Source: Clostridia bacterium (GTDB lineage Bacteria > Bacillota > Clostridia > Oscillospirales > Acutalibacteraceae). Taken from it: a DNA stretch of 28,334 nucleotides. This document shows, piece by piece, positions 22,907 through 28,334 of the stretch; position 1 is the stretch's first letter; each line of letters opens with the position of its first letter. Position numbers and translations under genes: made by a program. The stretch is from the NCBI GenBank assembly GCA_017559885.1, contig JAFYQN010000160.1, positions 1 through 28,334 of the forward strand. Reading direction: 5' to 3'. The notes under the pieces are model-generated. The model did not search any database and was not told the origin of the DNA. It worked only from the letters and a program-made list of their open reading frames with translations.

Positions 22907-24270
22907 TTTACACCCTGTGGGGTATCTTCAAGAATAATACCCATCTCTTTAAGTTGGTCGCGAATTTGGTCGGCTGTCTTAAAATCACGCGCCTTACGAG
23001 CTTCGGTACGTTTAGCGATAAGTTCTTCAATCTCGCTGTCAAGCGCTTCGGTTTTACGGTTGTAAACAAGACCCAAAACACCTGTAAGTTCGTCAAACAC
23101 ATTAGCGCAAGCGGTAAGAGTATCTTTTCCTGCGCCATTTGCGATTGTTGTGTTGATATCGCGAACAAGCGTAAACACTGCCGCTAATGCGTCGGCTGTG
23201 TTAAGGTCGTCATCCATAGCGGTAATAAATTCTTGTTTGCGTTCTTCTATAAACGCAGGAATTTCGCCGCCGTCTGCCGCCGATTGTAAAGCAAAATCAA
23301 TATTGTTACGGCAGGTATAAAGACGCTCAAGCGCGTTTTTGCCCTGTTCGATAATATCTATAGAATAGTTAATAGGTCCGCGATACTGTGAAGAAATCAT
23401 CAAATAACGAATTGGTTCGTAACCATATTTTTCGGCAACGTCGCGAACTGTAAAGAAGTTGCCCAAAGATTTTGACATCTTATGATTGTCAACGTTGATA
23501 AAGCCGTTGTGCATCCAATAATGAGCAAAATCGCAACCGTTTGCGCACTCGCTTTGCGCGATTTCGTTTTCATGATGGGGGAAGATAAGGTCAAGACCGC
23601 CACAATGGATATCGATTGTTTTGCCAAGATATTTTTCTGCCATTGCAGAACATTCGATATGCCAACCCGGTCTACCGTCGCCCCATGGAGACTCCCAGTA
23701 TGGTTCGCCTGGTTTTGCACCTTTCCAAAGGCAGAAGTCCATTGGATCTTCTTTTATATCATCGGTAGCAATACGCGCACCTGCCTCAAGGTCTTCGAGT
23801 GGTTGGTGCGAAAGTTTGCCGTATTCGTTAAACTTTTTAGAACGGAAATAAACATCGCCGCCTGCGGTGTACGCGTAACCTTTTTCTACAAGTTCAGAAA
23901 TAATTCTTTGGATTTCGTCAATGTTTTCGGTAGCGCGAGGATGTGTTGTTGCTTCACGAACGTTAAGTCCCTTTGCATCTACCCAAAACTCTTTGATAAA
24001 TCGCTCTGCAACTTCAGGTACAGTGATACCTTCTTCGTTTGCCTTTTTGATAAGTTTGTCGTCAATGTCGGTAAAGTTTTGAACAAAGTTTACCTTGTAA
24101 CCGCGCCATTCAAGATAACGGCGCAATACGTCAAACACACAAAGAGGACGAGCGTTACCGATGTGAATATAGTTATACACTGTAGGTCCGCAAGCGTATA
24201 TTTTTACTTCACCCGGTGTAATGGGGATAAGTTCATCTTTTGTGCGTGTAAGGGTGTTAAAAATTTTCAT
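22891..24270 (-). CDS. cysS: Cysteine--tRNA ligase
   Basis: CGPTVY, HIGN (HIGH), GRPGWHIECSAM, HHENE, KMSKS. Confidence 0.98.
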   Translation of the reverse strand: MKIFNTLTRTKDELIPITPGEVKIYACGPTVYNYIHIGNARPLCVFDVLRRYLEWRGYKVNFVQNFTDIDDKLIKKANEEGITVPEVAERFIKEFWVDAKGLNVREATTHPRATENIDEIQRIISELVEKGYAYTAGGDVYFRSKKFNEYGKLSHQPLEDLEAGARIATDDIKEDPMDFCLWKGAKPGEPYWESPWGDGRPGWHIECSAMAEKYLGKTIDIHCGGLDLIFPHHENEIAQSECANGCDFAHYWMHNGFINVDNHKMSKSLGNFFTVRDVAEKYGYEPIRYLMISSQYRGPINYSIDIIEQGKNALERLYTCRNNIDFALQSAADGGEIPAFIEERKQEFITAMDDDLNTADALAAVFTLVRDINTTIANGAGKDTLTACANVFDELTGVLGLVYNRKTEALDSEIEELIAKRTEARKARDFKTADQIRDQLKEMGIILEDTPQGVKWTRA

Positions 24271-24278
24271 TTGTGTGT

Positions 24279-24908
24279 TTACTCCTTTAGTTGCTTTTCT
24301 AATTCTTTAAGTTTTTTGTTTATGTTGTCAAGTTCAAGTTGAACAGGGTCAGGTATATGAATTTGGTCAAGAGGTTTCACATCCACCTTTTTACCGTTTT
24401 GACGCACAACGCGCGCCGGTACACCCACAACGGTGGAGTTTGGTGGAACATCTTTAAGCACGACTGCGCCTGCCGCAACACGTGAATCATCGCCGATTGT
24501 GATAGGACCCAAAACCTTTGAACCCGCGCTTATCATAACACGGTTGCCTATGGTTGGGTGACGTTTACCAACGTCCTTACCCGTACCGCCCAAGGTTACA
24601 CCCTGATAAATAAGTACGTCGTCACCAATTTCGGTAGTCTCGCCAATTACTATACCCGTACCGTGGTCATTAACAAGTCGTCTGCCTATTGTAGCACCGG
24701 GATGAATTTCTATTCCCGTTTTGCGCGCCGCCTTTTGAGAAATATATCTTGCTCTGAAACTGTGACCTTTTAGATAATGCTTGTGCGCGCGACGGTACAT
24801 TCTAATGGCTTTAAGACCGGGATACAGCAGAAAAATCTCAAGCGAAGATTTTGCTGCAGGGTCTCGGTCTTTTATGGCCTGTATATCTTCTTTTAATAAA
24901 TCAAACAA
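24279..24908 (-). CDS. cysE: Serine O-acetyltransferase
   Basis: RDPAA, EIHPGA, DHGTGIVIGET, QGVTLGGTGK..GKRHPT hexapeptide beta-helix; TTG start with SD GGAG. Confidence 0.95.
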   Translation of the reverse strand: MFDLLKEDIQAIKDRDPAAKSSLEIFLLYPGLKAIRMYRRAHKHYLKGHSFRARYISQKAARKTGIEIHPGATIGRRLVNDHGTGIVIGETTEIGDDVLIYQGVTLGGTGKDVGKRHPTIGNRVMISAGSKVLGPITIGDDSRVAAGAVVLKDVPPNSTVVGVPARVVRQNGKKVDVKPLDQIHIPDPVQLELDNINKKLKELEKQLKE

Positions 24909-24956
24909 TTACATCAACTCCAATAAATCGCCCTGCTTCCTTGAAAAAAGAAAGCA

Positions 24957-25547
24957 TTATTTAGATGAATTAATATAACTCTTACATTCGTTGAGATAGA
25001 TGAGTCCTGAGATTACACAAAGAACTGCAGAAATCCAGAAGAGTATCATTATTATTATATCGCAAACACCTTGAATTTGTGTAAGTCCAAAATCTGAAAT
25101 GAGCGTATAGCAAAATAGCGCTGCTACAAGACCTAACATCTGTGACACGGTTTTAAGTTTGCCCCAAATGTTTGCCGCTACAACAAGACCTGAGTTTGCA
25201 GTTACCAGACGGAGTGACGATACCATAAACTCACGGAACAAAACAATAAATACTATGGTTGTCATTTGCCAACCGTAACTGCCACCATTAGCGGAATATA
25301 AAAACATAAAACCAAGATATGCCGCAGTAGTAAGCATTTTGTCGGCAAGCGGGTCTAAAAACTTACCAAAGTCGGTAACAAGATTGTATTTTCTTGCCAT
25401 TTTTCCGTCAATCATATCGGTAAGTGACGCCAATGCAAAAAGCACCAAAGACACAATATAATGATAAGGGAAATCAATAAGCATTGTTGCCATAAAAATT
25501 GGTGTTGCTATCATACGCGCAAGTGTTAATTTGTTTGGTGTGTTCAT
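24957..25547 (-). CDS. pgsA: CDP-diacylglycerol--glycerol-3-phosphate 3-phosphatidyltransferase
   Basis: PNKLTLAR, TDMIDGKMARK...FGKFLDPLADK, GKLKT. Confidence 0.95.
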   Translation of the reverse strand: MNTPNKLTLARMIATPIFMATMLIDFPYHYIVSLVLFALASLTDMIDGKMARKYNLVTDFGKFLDPLADKMLTTAAYLGFMFLYSANGGSYGWQMTTIVFIVLFREFMVSSLRLVTANSGLVVAANIWGKLKTVSQMLGLVAALFCYTLISDFGLTQIQGVCDIIIMILFWISAVLCVISGLIYLNECKSYINSSK

Positions 25548-26866
25548 AGTTGTTCTCCTAACAAGTCATATTCTAATACGTCGTTTATTTGTACATCGAC
25601 AAAGTCGCCTATAAGCAGTTGTTCTTTTGCCATAAAGAAGACCTTGCCGTCAATTTCGGGGGCGTCGGCAGCGCTTCTGCCGTAGTAACATTTAATGTAA
25701 TCGTCCCAACCTTCAATAAGCACTCGTTGTACCGTGCCGATTTTTGCCTCGTTTTTAAGCGACGCTATATCGAGTTGAGTCTCCATTATGTGCTCAGCGC
25801 GATCTTGTTTTACCTGCTCGGCCACTTGGTCGGGCATTTCTGCTGCGACTGTTCCCTCTTCGGCGGAATAGGTAAAACAACCAAGTCGGTCAAACTGCGC
25901 CTCGCGTACAAAGTTGTGAAGTTGTTCATACTGCTCTTCGCTTTCGCCCGGAAAACCTGTGATAAGTGTGGTGCGAAGAGTAACGTCTGGCACCGTTGCT
26001 CTTATCTTTTTAACCAAGGATAAAAGCGACTCTTTATCGCCGCGACGGTTCATTCTTTTTAAAATTTCGCCGTCGGCGTGCTGAATTGGAATATCAAGGT
26101 ATTTTACAAGTTTTGGTTCGCTTGCCATAAGTTGCAACAGGTCGTCACTTATACGTTCGGGGTAGGTGTAAAGTGTTCTTATCCACTCGATACCTTCTAT
26201 TTTACATAGTTCCGAAAGCAACTCGCAAAGTTTGCTCTCGCCGTAAATATCGGCGCCGTAAGCGGTAGTATCCTGCGCTACAACTATAAGTTCGCGAACG
26301 CCGCCTAACGCTAATTCCTTTGCCTCACGAACGCAGTCTTCTATCTTTCGACTACGCATTCTGCCACGAATTTTGGGTATGGCGCAATATGTACAACAGT
26401 TGTCGCAACCATCCGCAACCTTAAGATATGCGGTAAATGGCCATCCACTCAAGATACGCTTGCCGTTTAAGTCAAGGTCTTCTTTTGCGCCGTAACTGTT
26501 TTGGGCATTACCCTCTATTGCGTTTTTTACAATCTCGGCAATGTTACCGTTTGAACCGATACCAACACAAACGTCGGCTTCGGGAATTTCCTCGGTAACG
26601 TCGTCGCGATAGCGCTCGGCAAGACAACCCGTAACAACAATCGCTTTACAGTTGCCGTCTATTTTGTACTGCGCCGCCTCGATTATGTTTTCTATTGCTT
26701 CGCTTTTTGCGTCTTCGATAAAACCGCAGGTATTAATAATAATTGCATCGGCTTCTGCCTCAGGCACACCGATTTCATATCCTGCTTGTTTTAGTGAATA
26801 TAGCATTTGCTCGGCATCGACCTGATTTTTTGGGCAACCAAGCGATACCATACTGATTTTATACAT
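25544..26866 (-). CDS. rimO: Ribosomal protein S12 methylthiotransferase
   Basis: SLGCPKNQVD, INTCGFIEDAK, radical SAM CDNCCTYC, C-terminal TRAM APEIDG. Confidence 0.95.
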   Translation of the reverse strand: MYKISMVSLGCPKNQVDAEQMLYSLKQAGYEIGVPEAEADAIIINTCGFIEDAKSEAIENIIEAAQYKIDGNCKAIVVTGCLAERYRDDVTEEIPEADVCVGIGSNGNIAEIVKNAIEGNAQNSYGAKEDLDLNGKRILSGWPFTAYLKVADGCDNCCTYCAIPKIRGRMRSRKIEDCVREAKELALGGVRELIVVAQDTTAYGADIYGESKLCELLSELCKIEGIEWIRTLYTYPERISDDLLQLMASEPKLVKYLDIPIQHADGEILKRMNRRGDKESLLSLVKKIRATVPDVTLRTTLITGFPGESEEQYEQLHNFVREAQFDRLGCFTYSAEEGTVAAEMPDQVAEQVKQDRAEHIMETQLDIASLKNEAKIGTVQRVLIEGWDDYIKCYYGRSAADAPEIDGKVFFMAKEQLLIGDFVDVQINDVLEYDLLGEQL

Positions 26867-27492
26867 TAGTATTCCTCGTTATATTCAATTTCTTTTGTGT
26901 ATTTTTTTATCGCGTAGCTTACCGCAGAATAGGAAAAACCCTTGCGTATAAGCGCGGCATAAACTTTTTGTATGTTTTCTTTTGTGTCCATTTTTGCGCG
27001 GTACTTTTTGTCGATTACCGCCTTAATTTGAGTGCTTTCTTCAAAATCGGTTTGTTCTAAAACCGATTTTATAACCTCTTTTGGTATGCCTTTATGTAAA
27101 AGTTTGGCATACGCTTCGCGTTTTGATACATTTGCATTGCTCATTTGCTCTGCAAGACGGGTAGCAAACCGACGGTCATCGATAAGACCTAATTCTTTTA
27201 TACGAGCAACTGCCCTTGCCGCGGCGGTGTGAGATACACCGCCTGCAATAATTTTTTCGTAAAGAGTTTTTTCGCTGTAATCTGCTCGGTCTAAAAACCA
27301 TATTCCTCGCGCTTTTGCGCGTATGTAGTCCGATTCGTTAAGATGATGTTTAAGTTGTTGCTCATCTATTTCGTCTTGTTCGCGCAAGCAGATTGAATTC
27401 CAATAATCAAGGTCAAAGTTAAAATACTTTGAGTTATCAAACATAACCTTGACGGTATGTTTTTTATCCCTTTTAATTTCGACAATCTTCAT
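26866..27492 (-). CDS. recX: RecX family regulatory protein
   Basis: DYSEKTL, LGLIDDRRFA, LIRKGFSY; start overlaps the recA stop (TAATG). Confidence 0.85.
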   Translation of the reverse strand: MKIVEIKRDKKHTVKVMFDNSKYFNFDLDYWNSICLREQDEIDEQQLKHHLNESDYIRAKARGIWFLDRADYSEKTLYEKIIAGGVSHTAAARAVARIKELGLIDDRRFATRLAEQMSNANVSKREAYAKLLHKGIPKEVIKSVLEQTDFEESTQIKAVIDKKYRAKMDTKENIQKVYAALIRKGFSYSAVSYAIKKYTKEIEYNEEY

Positions 27493-28334
27493 TAATCGTC
27501 AACCGCAATATCAATGTTTATCTTTTTGTGTTTGATTTCGGTCTTGGGTTCTGCTTCAACGGGCATAATAACGGGCTCGTCATCGGTAGGAAGTTCTTTT
27601 TTGCCCTTGTTGTTCATTATTTCAGCATAACGAGCGCGAACCTTTTCCTCAACCTCTGCCGCAAATTCAGGATTGTCTTCAAAGAGTTGTTTAACGTTGT
27701 CGCGACCTTGACCGATACGGGTTTCGCCGTAATAGAACCACGCGCCTGAACGCTTGAGCACCTCGAGTTCAAGACCCATATCAACGATTTCGCCAACCTT
27801 TGAAATGCCTTTGCCGTAAATTACGTCAAATTCTGCCTCGCGGAAAGGTGGAGCAACCTTGTTTTTTACAACCTTTGCGCGTGTACGTGAACCGATAATC
27901 TCGCTACCATTTTTAAGGGTTTCAATTTTACGAACGTCGATACGTACGCTTGAATAGAATTTAAGCGCGCGACCGCCTGTGGTGGTTTCGGGGTTGCCGT
28001 ACATAACGCCAATCTTTTCACGCAACTGGTTAATAAAGATTGCGCTACCGTTTGATTTTGAGAGAGCGCCTGTAAGTTTACGCATTGCCTGTGACATAAG
28101 TCTTGCTAACTGACCTACGTGGTTGTCGCCCATTTCACCCTCGATTTCGGCGCGTGTTGTAAGAGCCGCTACCGAGTCAACAACGATAATATCAATAGCA
28201 CCAGAACGTACGAGCGCCTCGGCGATTTCAAGAGCTTGTTCGCCACTATCCGGTTGTGAAACTAAAAGACTGTCGATGTCAACGCCAAGCGCTGCCGCGT
28301 ACACAGGGTCAAGAGCGTGTTCAACGTCGATAAA
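27492..28334 (-). CDS. recA: Recombinase A; 5' end lies outside the window
   Basis: Frame open to the window edge: [67 protein letters not shown]. Confidence 0.98.
   Translation of the reverse strand, partial: FIDVEHALDPVYAAALGVDIDSLLVSQPDSGEQALEIAEALVRSGAIDIIVVDSVAALTTRAEIEGEMGDNHVGQLARLMSQAMRKLTGALSKSNGSAIFINQLREKIGVMYGNPETTTGGRALKFYSSVRIDVRKIETLKNGSEIIGSRTRAKVVKNKVAPPFREAEFDVIYGKGISKVGEIVDMGLELEVLKRSGAWFYYGETRIGQGRDNVKQLFEDNPEFAAEVEEKVRARYAEIMNNKGKKELPTDDEPVIMPVEAEPKTEIKHKKINIDIAVDD

Noticed and set aside
23482-24342. 286-aa plus-strand ORF antisense to cysS
   Set aside because: Codon-aligned shadow of cysS, explained by sparse TTA/CTA/TCA codons in the sense gene; no SD or recognisable motif

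Overview
Chromosomal window from a Gram-positive Firmicute. Sigma-A-type promoters, an LCP protein, Noc and the recA-recX-rimO-pgsA order suggest a Clostridia/Oscillospiraceae-like organism (inference). Left part: a minus-strand Lrp-aminotransferase-LemA-TPM-DD-carboxypeptidase run, then a divergent mnmE-mnmG-rsmG-noc block with no oriC-type neighbours. Right part: an about 9.6 kb minus-strand run, recA(partial)-recX-rimO-pgsA-cysE-cysS-tRNA m6A methyltransferase-rsmI-LCP-DUF6472-acyltransferase. Between them lies the most interesting feature, a self-contained about 9.6 kb surface-glycan module (9071-18670) of two divergent operons with back-to-back near-consensus promoters and a terminator at each end. 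The left arm encodes a 1125-aa Wzx-flippase/beta-domain/DUF2142(GT-C) fusion, a GT4, a GacI/DPM1-like GT2 and a GacJ-like DUF2304 protein. The right arm encodes LicD, a cytidylyltransferase-PLP-enzyme fusion and an opine dehydrogenase. I infer that the right arm makes a CDP-activated N-(1-carboxyethyl)-aminoalcohol ('opine') phosphate that LicD installs on a lipid-linked sugar or cell-wall glycan. No tRNA, rRNA, CRISPR array, transposase or integrase was seen. All family calls come from motif recognition by eye, not database searches.
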